Assembly (NCBI GenBank): GCA_964016885.1
Contig: OZ024745.1
Location: 4,216,001 to 4,280,000, forward strand
Source of the DNA: Eledone cirrhosa
Lineage: Eukaryota
Direction of reading: 5' to 3'
Length of the DNA stretch: 64,000 bases
Under the pieces are notes generated by a model that had not been told where the DNA came from, made no database searches, and saw only the letters and a program-made list of their open reading frames with translations. Positions 10,642-24,000 of the stretch are shown here, piece after piece (position 1 is the stretch's first letter; every line of letters starts with the position of its first letter). The position numbers were made by a program, and so were the translations under genes.

Positions 10642-10697
10642 TAATATATAAGACAGTATAATAGTAGGAACAGCTGAGGGCCAGAGTAAATGTTTTC

Positions 10698-10862
10698 CTC
10701 ATCATCATCTATGCTTAATGTCCTTTTTCTCAGCTGGCAAGGGTTGAACGTGTCATCACAGATCAGCCAGTACTTGAGCAGAGCCCCAGACTTCCAGGTG
10801 GGCCAGTAACCCAACATACAATTCTGTGCTCTACTGAATGCATTTTATAGTGTCACCAACAC
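10698..10862 (-). mobile_element. Very decayed (ATC)n-tailed retroposon end
   Basis: catcatcatc..ttaatgtcctttttctcagctggcaagggttgaac resembles 1428-1490 and 5778-5835. Confidence 0.5.
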
Positions 10863-10947
10863 TAAGGAAGTGCTCATATTTTTGGTATTGCTGAAAAGTC
10901 TTTGTGACCCTTTATTTAGCAGGTTTTCTATAGTTCAGTTCCCTAGA

Positions 10948-11050
10948 AATATGCTTTGCGATATTTAATTTACATTCTGAGTTCAAACCATACTAATTTT
11001 TACTTTGCTTTTCATCTCTGAGGAACTTGACAAAAAATAAATACTAGTAA
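10948..11050 (+). mobile_element. Decayed fragment of a second SINE family
   Basis: ttacattctgagttcaaa (B-box-like)...actttgcttttcatc...gacaaaaaataaatactagt. Homologous to the reverse complement of 12001-12062. Confidence 0.55.
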
Positions 11051-11984
11051 CCTATTATGTGACCTGGATTAACCAAGAAGCAAAATAAGCACATGCTTAG
11101 GGCCTCAAGAAAAATAGGCGCCTCATAGAGTTTTTTCCAGTGCCAGACTGATGGACCATAGTGTAACGTTGCAGCTATACCAGGGCCCATAAAAAGGGGA
11201 ACCATACAATGTTTTCAGTGATTAGGCTAAAGGGTATAAATGCTAGAAATCAATATTTAATCAATATAATTATGTGTGTGTAAACATAGTCTTGCTGTGA
11301 CTATTGTTTTAGATGAAAACTCAAATTAGTGAGATGTTGTTATTAGTAACCCCCCCCCCCCTCCTCCTTTAAGCACTCTGCTTCCTGTAGAAACCTTTCA
11401 TGTTCTCTGAAAACCTTTCTAACAGCTAATTCTTTTCCTCTCTGTTGTTCCACTTTCAATACCAACATCAGTTTACTAATGTAGATTATATTTTAATCAA
11501 TATTAAATAAGTGACAAGCATTGTTAAACAGAAGGTAAGCTTCTGGTGAAGGATGGCTGCTAGCTGTCTTTAATTAAAGCCAGCTTGGAGCCTTTCTAAC
11601 ATCTAGTTCTTCTTCAAACAGTTCTTTGTCCTCCCAAGAAATGAAAGGGCTCCTATTAGACAATATGACTGCTACTTTTGTATAAGGGTCATTTATTGTG
11701 TCCTTTATTTCTCTGTAAGGGCCTTAACCACTCTTTGTTATCAGTCTCTGATACATAGGCAAGTTTGTTTTACTTTCTGTTAATGTTATATCAGCAAGAA
11801 AAAATGCTTTTACAAGGAAAAGTAAAGGAAGAGTCACTCATCAGATTGAACCAAGGAAATATTGTTTCCATTGGTTCTCTCATTGCTGATACTATCTGCC
11901 AGTCACAATTCCTGGCAAGAGGCAGGAAAGCACAGAGCCGGATTAAATTCCACAAAATATCTCATTCAAAATTTTAACAATTCT

Positions 11985-12062
11985 GTCAATTGGTCTAGCC
12001 AAGAGGAAAGACAAAGTTGACCTCCATTGGATTTAAACAGAGTGCAGTGAACCAGAATAAAG
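11985..12062 (-). mobile_element. SINE fragment whose 5' head runs directly into the satellite array
   Basis: The minus strand reads tttattctggttcactgcactctgtttaaatccaatggaggtcaactttgtctttcctc. This aligns with acattctgagttcaaa...actttgcttttcatc at 10972-11016. Confidence 0.55.
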
Positions 12063-15000
12063 TGAGAGTGCAGTGAACTGGAATAAAGTGAGAGCGCAGT
12101 GAACTGGAATAAAGTGAGAGTGCAGTGAACTGGAATAAAGTGAGAGCGCAGTGAACTGGAATAAAGTGAGAGTGCAGTGAACTGGAATAAAGTGAGAGCG
12201 CAGTGAACTGGAATAAAGTAAGAGCGCAGTGAACTGGAATAAAGTGAGAGTGCAGTGAACTGGAATAAAGTGAGAGTGCAGTGAACTGGAATAAAGTGAG
12301 AGCGAAGTGAACTGGAATAAAGTGAGAGTGCAGTGAACTGGAATAAAGTGAGAGCGCAGTGAACTGGAATAAAGTAAGAGCGCAGTGAACTGGAATAAAG
12401 TGAGAGTGCAGTGAACTGGAATAAAGTGAGAGTGCATTGAACTGGAATAAAGTGAGAGCGCAGTGAATCAGAATAAAGTGAGAGTGCAGTGAACTGGAAT
12501 AAAGTGAGAGCGCAGTGAACTGGAATAAAGTGAGAGTGCAGTGAACTGGAATAAAGTGAGAGCGCAGTGAACTGGAATAAAGTAAGAGTGCAGTGAACTG
12601 GAATAAAATGAGAGTGCAGTGAACCGGAATAAAGTGAGAGTGCAGTGAACTGGAATAAAGTGAGAGTGCAGTGAACCAGAATAAAGTGAGAGTGCAGTGA
12701 ACTGGAATAAAGTGAGAGCGCAGTGAACTGGAATAAAGTGAGAGTGCAGTGAACTGGAATAAAGTAAGAGCGCAGTGAACTGAAATAAAATGAGAGTGCA
12801 GTGAACCAGAATAAAGTGAGAGTGCAGTAAACTGGAATAAAGTGAGAGTGCAGTGAACCAGAATAAAGTGAGAGTGCAGTGAACTGGAATAAAGTGAGAG
12901 TGCAGTGAACCAGAATAAAGTGAGAGTGCAGTGAACTGGAATAAAGTGAGAGTGCAGTGAACCAGAATAAAGTGAGAGTGCAGTGAACCAGAATAAAGTG
13001 AGAGTGCAGTGAACTGGAATAAAGTGAGAGTGCAGTGAACCAGAATAAAGTGAGAGTGCAGTGAACTGGAATAAAGTGAGAGTGCAGTGAACCAGAATAA
13101 AGTGAGAGTGCAGTGAACTGGAATAAAGTGAGAGTGCAGTGAACCAGAATAAAGTGAGAGTGCAGTGAACTGGAATAAAGTGAGAGTGCAGTGAACCAGA
13201 ATAAAGTGAGAGTGCAGTGAACTGGAATAAAGTTACAGTGCAGTGAATCAGAATAAAGTGAGAGTGCAGTGAACCAGAATAAAGTGAGAGTGCAGTGAAC
13301 TGGAATAAAGTGAGAGTGCAGTGAACTGGAATAAAGTGAGAGTGCAGTAAACCAGAATAAAGTGAGAGTGCAGTGAACTGGAATAAAGTGAGAGCGCAGT
13401 GAACCGGAATAAAGTGAGAGTGCAGTGAACTGGAATAAAGTGAGAGTGCAGTGAACTGGAATAAAGTGAGAATGCAGTGAACCAGAATAAAGTGAGAGTG
13501 CAGTGAACTGGAATAAAGTGAGAGTGCAGTGAACTGGAATAAAGTGAGAGTGCAGTGAACCAGAATAAAGTGAGAGTGCAGTGAACTGGAATAAAGTGAG
13601 AGTGCAGTGAACCAGAATAAAGTGAGAGTGCAGTGAACTGGAATAAAGTGAGAGTGCAGTGAACTGGAATAAAGTGAAAGTGCAGTGAACCAGAATAAAG
13701 TGAGAGTGCAGTGAACTGGAATAAAGTGAGAGTGCAGTGAACTGGAATAAAGTGAGAGTGCAGTGAACCAGAATAAAGTGAGAGTGCAGTGAACTGGAAT
13801 AAAGTTAGAGTGCAGTGAATCAGAATAAAGTGAGAGTGCAGTGAACCAGAATAAAGTGAGAGTGCAGTGAACTGGAATAAAGTGAGAGTGCAGTGAACTG
13901 GAATAAAGTGAGAGTGCAGTGAACTGGAATAAAGTGAGAGTGCAGTGAACTGGAATAAAGTGAGAGTGGAGTGAATCAGAATAAAGTGAGAGTGCAGTGA
14001 ACAGGAATAAAGTGAGAGCGCAGTGAATCAGAATAAAGTGAGAGTGCAGTGAACTGGAATAAAGTGAGAGTGCAGTGAATCAGAATAAAGTGAGAGTGCA
14101 GTGAACCAGAATAAAGTAAGAGTGCAGTGAACTGGAATAAAGTGAGAGTGCAGTGAACTGGAATAAAGTGAGAGTGCAGTGAACCAGAATAAAGTGAGAG
14201 TGCAGTGAACTGGAATAAAGTGAGAGTGCAGTGAATCAGAATAAAGTGAGAGTGCAGTGAACCAGAATAAAGTGAGAGTGCAGTGAACTGGAATAAAGTG
14301 AGAGTGCAGTGAACTGGAATAAAGTGAGAGTGCAGTGAATCAGAATAAAGTGAGAGTGCAGTGAACCAGAATAAAGTAAGAGTGCAGTGAACTGGAATAA
14401 AGTGAGAGTGCAGTGAACTGGAATAAAGTGAGAGTGCAGTGAACTGGAATAAAGTGAGAGTGCAGTGAACTGGAATAAAGTGAGAGTGCAGTGAACCAGA
14501 ATAAAGTGAGAGTGCAGTGAACTGGAATAAAGTGAGAGTGCAGTGAACCAGAATAAAGTGAGAGTGCAGTGAACTGGAATAAAGTGAGAGTGCAGTGAAC
14601 TGGAATAAAGTGAGAGTGCAGTGAACCAGAATAAAGTGAGAGTGCAGTGAACTGGAATAAAGTGAGAGCGCAGTGAATCAGAATAAAGTGAGAGTGCAGT
14701 GAACTGGAATAAAGTGAGAGTGCAGTGAATCAGAATAAAGTGAGAGCGCAGTGAACCAGAATAAAGTAAGAATGCAGTGAACTGGAATAAAGTGAGAGTG
14801 CAGTGAACTGGAATAAAGTGAGAGTGCAGTGAACTGGAATAAAGTGAGAGTGCAGTGAACCAGAATAAAGTGAGAGTGCAGTGAACCAGAATAAAGTGAG
14901 AGTGCAGTGAACTCGAATAAAGTGAGAGTGCAGTGAACTGGAATAAAGTGAGAGTGCAGTGAACTGGAATAAAGTGAGACTGCAGTGAACTGGAATAAAG

Positions 15001-18000
15001 TGAGAGTGCAGTGAACCAGAATAAAGTGAGAGTGCAGTGAACTGGAATAATGTGAGAGTGCAGTGAACTGGAATAAAGTGAGAGTGCAGTGAACCAGAAT
15101 AAAGTGAGAGTGCAGTGAACAGGAATAAAGTGAGAGCGCAGTGAATCAGAATAAAGTGAGAGTGCAGTGAACTGGAATAAAGTGAGAGTGCAGTGAATCA
15201 GAATAAAGTGAGAGTGCAGTGAAGCAGAATAAAGTAAGAGTGCAGTGAACTGGAATAAAGTGAGAGTGCAGTGAACTGGAATAAAGTGAGAGTGCAGTGA
15301 ACTGGAATAAAGTAAGAGTGCAGTGAACTAGAATAAAGTGAGAGTGCAGTGAACTGGAATAAAGTGAGCGTGCAGTGAACTGGAATAAAGTGAGAGTGCA
15401 GTGAACCAGAATAAAGTGAGAGTGCAGTGAACTGGAATAAAGTGAGAGTGCAGAGAACCAGAATAAAGTGAGAGTGCAGTGAACTGGAATAAAGTGAGAG
15501 TGCAGTGAACTGGAATAAAGTGAGAGTGCAGTGAATCAGAATAAAGTGAGAGTGCAGTGAACTGGAATAAAGTGAGAGCGCAGTGAATCAGAATAAAGTG
15601 AGAGTGCAGTGAACTGGAATAAAGTGAGAGTGCAGTGAATCAGAATAAAGTGAGAGTGCAGTGAACCAGAATAAAGTAAGAGTGCAGTGAACTGGAATAA
15701 AGTGAGAGTGCAGTGAACTGGAATAAAGTGAGAGTGCAGTGAACTGGAATAAAGTGAGAGTGCAGGGAACTGGAATAAAGTGAGAGTGCAGTGAACTGGA
15801 ATAAAGTGAGGGTGCAGTGAACTGGAATAAAGTGAGAGTGCAGTGAACCAGAATAAAGTAAGAGTGCAGTGAACTGGAATAAAGTGAGAGCGCAGTGAAT
15901 CAGAATAAAGTGAGAGTGCAGTGAACCAGAATAAAGTTAGAGTGCAGTGAACTGGAATAAAGTGAGAGTGCAGTGAACTGGAATAAAGTGAGAGTGCAGT
16001 GAATCAGAATAAAGTGAGAGTGCAGTGAACCAGAATAAAGTAAGAGTGCAGTGAACTGGAATAAAGTGAGAGTGCAGTGAACTGGAATAAAGTGAGAGTG
16101 CAGTGAACTGGAATAAAGTAAGAGCGCAGTGAACTGGAATAAAGTGAGAGTGCAGTGAACTGGAATAAAGTGAGAGTGCAGTGAACTGGAATAAAGTGAG
16201 AGTGCAGTGAACCAGAATAAAGTGAGAGTGCAGTGAACTGGAATAAAGTGAGAGCGCAGTGAACTGGAATAAAGTGAGAGTGCAGTGAACTGGAATAAAG
16301 TAAGAGCGCAGTGAACTGAAATAAAGTGAGAGTGCAGTGAACCAGAATAAAGTGAGAGTGCAGTAAACTGGAATAAAGTGAGAGTGCAGTGAACCAGAAT
16401 AAAGTGAGAGTGCAGTGAACTGGAATAAAGTGAGAGTGCAGTGAACTGGAATAAAGTGAGAGTGCAGTGAACCAGAATAAAGTGAGAGTGCAGTGAACTG
16501 GAATAAAGTGAGAGTGCAGTGAATCAGAATAAAGTGAGAGTGCAGTGAACCAGAATAAAGTGAGAGTGCAGTGAACTGGAATAAAGTGAGAGTGCAGTGA
16601 ACTGGAATAAAGTGAGAGTGCAGTGAACTGGAATAAAGTGAGAGTGCAGTGAACCAGAATAAAGTGAGAGTGCAGTGAACTGGAATAAAGTCAGAGTGCA
16701 GTGAACTGGAATAAAGTGAGAGTGCAGTGAACCAGAATAAAGTGAGAGTGCAGTGAACCAGAATAAAGTGAGAGTGCAGTGAACTGGAATAAAGTGAGAG
16801 TGCAGTGAACCAGAATAAAGTGAGAGTGCAGTGAACTGGAATAAAGTGAGAGTGCAGTGAATCAGAATAAAGTGAGAGTGCAGTGAACCAGAATAAAGTG
16901 AGAGTGCAGTGAACTGGAATAAAGTGAGAGTGCAGTGAACTGGAATAAAGTGAGAGTGCAGTGAACTGGAATAAAGTGAGAGTGCAGAGAACCAGAATAA
17001 AGTGAGAGTGCAGTGAACTGGAATAAAGTGAGAGTGCAGTGAACCAGAATAAAGTGAGAGTGCAGTGAACTGGAATAAAGTGAGAGTGCAGTGAATCAGA
17101 ATAAAGTGAGAGTGCAGTGAACCAGAATAAAGTAAGAGTGCAGTGAACTGGAATAAAGTGAGAGTGCAGTGAATCAGAATAAAGTGAGAGTGCAGTGAAC
17201 CAGAATAAAGTAAGAGTGCAGTGAACTGGAATTAAGTGAGAGTGCAGTGAACTGGAATAAAGTGAGAGTGCAGTGAACTGGAATAAAGTGAGAGTGCAGT
17301 GAACTGGAATAAAGTGAGAGTGCAGTGAACCAGAATAAAGTGAGAGTGCAGTGAACTGGAATAAAGTGCGAGTGCAGTGAACCAGAATAAAGTGAGATTG
17401 CAGTGAACTGGAATAAAGTGAGAGTGCAGTGAACTGGAATAAAGTGAGAGTGCAGTGAACCAGAATAAAGTGAGAGTGCAGTGAACTGGAATAAAGTGAG
17501 AGCGCAGTGAATCAGAATAAAGTGAGAGTGCAGTGAACTGGAATAAAGTGAGAGTGCAGTGAATCAGAATAAAGTGAGAGCGCAGTGAACCAGAATAAAG
17601 TAAGAGTGCAGTGAACTGGAATAAAGTGAGAGTGCAGTGAACTGGAATAAAGTGAGAGTGCAGTGAACTGGAATAAAGTGAGAGTGCAGTGAACCAGAAT
17701 AAAGTGAGAGTGCAGTGAACCAGAATAAAGTGAGAGTGCAGTGAACTGGAATAAAGTGAGAGTGCAGTGAACTGGAATAAAGTGAGAGTGCAGTGAACTG
17801 GAATAAAGTGAGAGTGCAGTGAAATGGAATAAAGTGAGAGCGCAGTGAATCAGAATAAAGTGATAGTGCAATGAACTGGAATAAAGTGAGAGTGCAGTGA
17901 ATCAGAATAAAGTGAGAGTGCAGTGAACCAGAATAAAGTAAGAGTGCAGTGAACTAGAATAAAGTGAGAGTGCAGTGAACTGGAATAAAGTGAGAGTGCA

Positions 18001-21000
18001 GTGAACTGGAATAAAGTGAGAGTGCAGTGAACTGGAATAAAGTAAGAGTGCAGTGAACTAGAATAAAGTGAGAGTGCAGTGAACCAGAATAAAGTGAGAG
18101 TGCAGTGAACTGGAATAAAGTGAGAGTGCAGAGAACCAGAATAAAGTGAGAGTGCAGTGAACTGGAATAAAGTGAGAGTGCAGAGAACCAGAATAAAGTG
18201 AGAGTGCAGTGAACTGGAATAAAGTGAGAGTGCAGTGAACTGGAATAAAGTGAGAGTGCAGTGAATCAGAATAAAGTGAGAGTGCAGTGAACTGGAATAA
18301 AGTGAGAGCGCAGTAAATCAGAATAAAGTGAGAGTGCAGCGAACTGGAATAAAGTGAGAGTGCAGTGAACTGGAATAAAGTGAGAGTGCAGTGAACTGGA
18401 ATAAAGTGAGAGTGCAGTGAACTGGAATAAAGTGAGAGTGCAGTGAACTGGAATAAAGTAAGAGTGCAGTGAACTAGAATAAAGTGAGAGTGCAGTGAAC
18501 CAGCATAAAGTGAGAGTGCAGTGAACTGGAATAAAGTGAGAGTGCAGAGAACCAGAATAAAGTGAGAGTGCAGTGAACTGGAATAAAGTGAGAGTGCAGT
18601 GAATCAGAATAAAGTGAGAGTGCAGTGAACCAGAATAAAGTAAGAGTGCAGTGAACTGGAATAAAGTGAGAGTGCAGTGAACTGGAATAAAGTGAGGGTG
18701 CAGTGAACTGGAATAAAGTGAGAGTGCAGTGAACCAGAATAAAGTAAGAGTGCAGTGAACTGGAATAAAGTGAGAGCGCAGTGAATCAGAATAAAGTGAG
18801 AGTGCAGTGAACCAGAATAAAGTGAGAGTGCAGTGAACTGGAATAAAGTGAGAGTGCAGTGAACCAGAATAAAGTGAGAATGCAGTGAACTGGAATAAAG
18901 TGAGAGCGCAGTGAATCAGAATAAAGTGAGAGTGCAGTGAACTGGAATAAAGTGAGAGTGCAGTGAATCAGAATAAAGTGAGAGCGCAGTGAACCAGAAT
19001 AAAGTAAGAGTGCAGTGAACTGGAATAAAGTGAGAGTGCAGTGAACTGGAATAAAGTGAGAGTGCAGTGAACTGGAATAAAGTGAGAGTGCAGTGAACCA
19101 GAATAAAGTGAGAGTGCAGTGAACCAGAATAAAATGAGAGTGCAGTGAACTGGAATAAAGTGAGAGTGTAGTGAACTGGAATAAAGTGAGAGTGCAGTGA
19201 ACTGGAATAAAGTGAGAGTGCAGTGAACCAGAATAAAGTGAGAGTGCAGTGAACCAGAATAAAGTGAGAGTGCAGTGAACTGGAAGAAAGTGAGAGTGCA
19301 GTGAACCAGAATAAAGTAAGGGTGCAGTGAACTGGAATAAAGTGAGAGTGCAGTGAACCGGAATAAAGTGAGAGTGCAGTGAACTGGAATAAAGTGAGAG
19401 TGCAGTGAACTGGAATAAAGTAAGAGTGTAGTGAACTAGAATAAAGTGAGAGTGCAGTGAACTGGAATAAAGTGAGAGCGCAGTGAATCAGAATAAAGTG
19501 AGAGTGCAGTGAACTGGAATAAAGTGAGAGTGCAGTGAACTGGAATAAAGTAAGAGTGTAGTGAACTAGAATAAAGTGAGAGTGCAGTGAACTGGAATAA
19601 AGTGAGAGCGCAGTGAATCAGAATAAAGTGAGAGTGCAGTGAACTGGAATAAAGTGAGAGTGCAGTGAATCAGTATAAAGTGAGAGTGCAGTGAACCAGA
19701 ATAAAGTAAGGGTGCAGTGAACTGGAATAAAGTGAGAGTGCAGTGAACTGGAATAAAGTGAGAGTGCAGTGAACTGGAATAAAGTGAGAGTGCAGTGAAC
19801 TGGAATTAAGTAAGAGTGTAGTGAACTAGAATAAAGTGAGAGTGCAGTGAACTGGAATAAAGTGAGAGTGCAGTGAACCAGAATAAAGTGAGAGTACAGT
19901 GAACTGGAATAAAGTGAGAGTGCAGAGAACCAGAATAAAGTGAGAGTGCAGTGAACTGGAATAAAGTGAGAGTGCAGTGAACCAGAATAAAGTAAGAGTG
20001 CAGTGAACTGGAATAAAGTGAGAGTGCAGTGAACTGGAATAAAGTGAGAGTGCAGTGCACCAGAATAAAGTGAGAGTGCAGTGAACTGGAATAAAGTGAG
20101 AGTGCAGTGAATCAGAATAAAGTGAGAGTGCAGTGAACCAGAATAAAGTAAGAGTGCAGTGAACTGTAATAAAGTGAGAGCGCAGTGAATCAGAATAAAG
20201 TGAGAGTGCAGTGAACCAGAATAAAGTGAGAGTGCAGTGAACTGGAATAAAGTGAGAGTGCAGTGAACTGGAATAAAGTGAGAGTGCAGTGAATCAGAAT
20301 AAAGTGAGAGTGCAGTGAACCAGAATAAAGTAAGAGTGCAGTGAACTGGAATAAAGTGAGAGTGCAGTGAACTGGAATAAAGTGAGAGTGCAGTGAACTG
20401 GAATAAAGTGAGAGTGCAGTGAACCAGAATAAAGTGAGAGTGCAGTGAACTGGAATAAAGTGAGAGTGCAGTGAACTGGAATAAAGTGAGAGTGCAGTGA
20501 ACCAGAATAAAGTGAGAGTGCAGTGAACTGGAATAAAGTTAGAGTGCAGTGAATCAGAATAAAGTGAGAGTGCAGTGAACCAGAATAAAGTGAGAGTGCA
20601 GTGAACTGGAATAAAGTGAGAGTGCAGTGAACTGGAATAAAGTGAGAGTGCAGTGAACTGGAATAAAGTGAGAGTGCAGTGAACTGGAATAAAGTGAGAG
20701 TGCAGAGAACCAGAATAAAGTGAGAGTGCAGTGAACTGGAATAAAGTGAGAGTGCAGTGAACTGGAATAAAGTGAGAGTGGAGTGAATCAGAATAAAGTG
20801 AGAGTGCAGTGAACAGGAATAAAGTGAGAGCGCAGTGAATCAGAATAAAGTGAGAGTGCAGTGAACTGGAATAAAGTGAGAGTGCAGTGAATCAGAATAA
20901 AGTGAGAGTGCAGTGAACCAGAATAAAGTAAGAGTGCAGTGAACTGGAATAAAGTGAGAGTGCAGTGAACTGGAATAAAGTGAGAGTGCAGTGAACCAGA

Positions 21001-24000
21001 ATAAAGTGAGAGTGCAGTGAACTGGAATAAAGTGAGAGTGCAGTGAATCAGAATAAAGTGAGAGTGCAGTGAACCAGAATAAAGTGAGAGTGCAGTGAAC
21101 TGGAATAAAGTGAGAGTGCAGTGAACTGGAATAAAGTGAGAGTGCAGTGAATCAGAATAAAGTGAGAGTGCAGTGAACCAGAATAAAGTAAGAGTGCAGT
21201 GAACTGGAATAAAGTGAGAGTGCAGTGAACTGGAATAAAGTGAGAGTGCAGTGAACTGGAATAAAGTGAGAGTGCAGTGAACTGGAATAAAGTGAGAGTG
21301 CAGTGAACCAGAATAAAGTGAGAGTGCAGTGAACTGGAATAAAGTGAGAGTGCAGTGAACCAGAATAAAGTGAGAGTGCAGTGAACTGGAATAAAGTGAG
21401 AGTGCAGTGAACTGGAATAAAGTGAGAGTGCAGTGAACCAGAATAAAGTGAGAGTGCAGTGAACTGGAATAAAGTGAGAGCGCAGTGAATCAGAATAAAG
21501 TGAGAGTGCAGTGAACTGGAATAAAGTGAGAGTGCAGTGAATCAGAATAAAGTGAGAGCGCAGTGAACCAGAATAAAGTAAGAATGCAGTGAACTGGAAT
21601 AAAGTGAGAGTGCAGTGAACTGGAATAAAGTGAGAGTGCAGTGAACTGGAATAAAGTGAGAGTGCAGTGAACCAGAATAAAGTGAGAGTGCAGTGAACCA
21701 GAATAAAGTGAGAGTGCAGTGAACTCGAATAAAGTGAGAGTGCAGTGAACTGGAATAAAGTGAGAGTGCAGTGAACTGGAATAAAGTGAGACTGCAGTGA
21801 ACTGGAATAAAGTGAGAGTGCAGTGAACCAGAATAAAGTGAGAGTGCAGTGAACTGGAATAATGTGAGAGTGCAGTGAACTGGAATAAAGTGAGAGTGCA
21901 GTGAACCAGAATAAAGTGAGAGTGCAGTGAACTGGAATAAAGTGAGAGCGCAGTGAATCAGAATAAAGTGAGAGTGCAGTGAACTGGAATAAAGTGAGAG
22001 TGCAGTGAATCAGAATAAAGTGAGAGTGCAGTGAAGCAGAATAAAGTAAGAGTGCAGTGAACTGGAATAAAGTGAGAGTGCAGTGAACTGGAATAAAGTG
22101 AGAGTGCAGTGAACTGGAATAAAGTAAGAGTGCAGTGAACTAGAATAAAGTGAGAGTGCAGTGAACTGGAATAAAGTGAGCGTGCAGTGAACTGGAATAA
22201 AGTGAGAGTGCAGTGAACCAGAATAAAGTGAGAGTGCAGTGAACTGGAATAAAGTGAGAGTGCAGAGAACCAGAATAAAGTGAGAGTGCAGTGAACTGGA
22301 ATAAAGTGAGAGTGCAGTGAACTGGAATAAAGTGAGAGTGCAGTGAATCAGAATAAAGTGAGAGTGCAGTGAACTGGAATAAAGTGAGAGCGCAGTGAAT
22401 CAGAATAAAGTGAGAGTGCAGTGAACTGGAATAAAGTGAGAGTGCAGTGAATCAGAATAAAGTGAGAGTGCAGTGAACCAGAATAAAGTAAGAGTGCAGT
22501 GAACTGGAATAAAGTGAGAGTGCAGTGAACTGGAATAAAGTGAGAGTGCAGTGAACTGGAATAAAGTGAGAGTGCAGGGAACTGGAATAAAGTGAGAGTG
22601 TAGTGAACTGGAATAAAGTGAGGGTGCAGTGAACTGGAATAAAGTGAGAGTGCAGTGAACCAGAATAAAGTAAGAGTGCAGTGAACTGGAATAAAGTGAG
22701 AGCGCAGTGAATCAGAATAAAGTGAGAGTGCAGTGAACCAGAATAAAGTTAGAGTGCAGTGAACTGGAATAAAGTGAGAGTGCAGTGAACTGGAATAAAG
22801 TGAGAGTGCAGTGAATCAGAATAAAGTGAGAGTGCAGTGAACCAGAATAAAGTAAGAGTGCAGTAAACTGGAATAAAGTGAGAGTGCAGTGAACTGGAAT
22901 AAAGTGAGAGTGCAGTGAACTGGAATAAAGTAAGAGCACAGTGAACTGGAATAAAGTGAGAGTGCAGTGAACTGGAATAAAGTGAGAGTGCAGTGAACTG
23001 GAATAAAGTGAGAGTGCAGTGAACCAGAATAAAGTGAGAGTGCAGTGAACTGGAATAAAGTGAGAGCGCAGTGAACTGGAATAAAGTGAGAGTGCAGTGA
23101 ACTGGAATAAAGTAAGAGCGCAGTGAACTGAAATAAAGTGAGAGTGCAGTGAACCAGAATAAAGTGAGAGTGCAGTAAACTGGAATAAAGTGAGAGTGCA
23201 GTGAACCAGAATAAAGTGAGAGTGCAGTGAACTGGAATAAAGTGAGAGTGCAGTGAACCAGAATAAAGTGAGAGTGCAGTGAACTGGAATAAAGTGAGAG
23301 TGCAGTGAACCGGAATAAAGTGAGAGTGCAGTGAACTGGAATAAAGTGAGAGTGCAGTAAACCAGAATAAAGTGAGAGTGCAGTGAACTGGAATAAAGTG
23401 AGAGCGCAGTGAACCGGAATAAAGTGAGAGTGCAGTGAACTGTAATAAAGTGAGAGTGCAGTGAACTGGAATAAAGTGAGAGTGCAGTGAACCAGAATAA
23501 AGTGAGAGTGCAGTGAACTGGAATAAAGTGAGAGTGCAGTGAACTGGAATAAAGTGAGAGTGCAGTGAACCAGAATAAAGTGAGAGTGCAGTGAACTGGA
23601 ATAAAGTCAGAGTGCAGTGAATCAGAATAAAGTGAGAGTGCAGTGAACCAGAATAAAGTGAGAGTGCAGTGAACTGGAATAAAGTGAGAGTGCAGTGAAC
23701 TGGAATAAAGTGAGAGTGCAGTGAACTGGAATAAAGTGAGAGTGCAGTGAACCAGAATAAAGTCAGAGTGCAGTGAACTGGAATAAAGTCAGAGTGCAGT
23801 GAACTGGAATAAAGTGAGAGTGCAGTGAACCAGAATAAAGTGAGAGTGCAGTGAACCAGAATAAAGTGAGAGTGCAGTGAACTGGAATAAAGTGAGAGTG
23901 CAGTGAACCAGAATAAAGTGAGAGTGCAGTGAACTGGAATAAAGTGAGAGTGCAGTGAATCAGAATAAAGTGAGAGTGCAGTGAACCAGAATAAAAAGAG

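Noticed and set aside
11062-11190. Possible hAT-like terminal sequence (ctggattaacc...gcttagggcc; also cagagccggatt at ~11933)
   Set aside because: I could not identify a matching inverted terminus or an 8-bp target site duplication.
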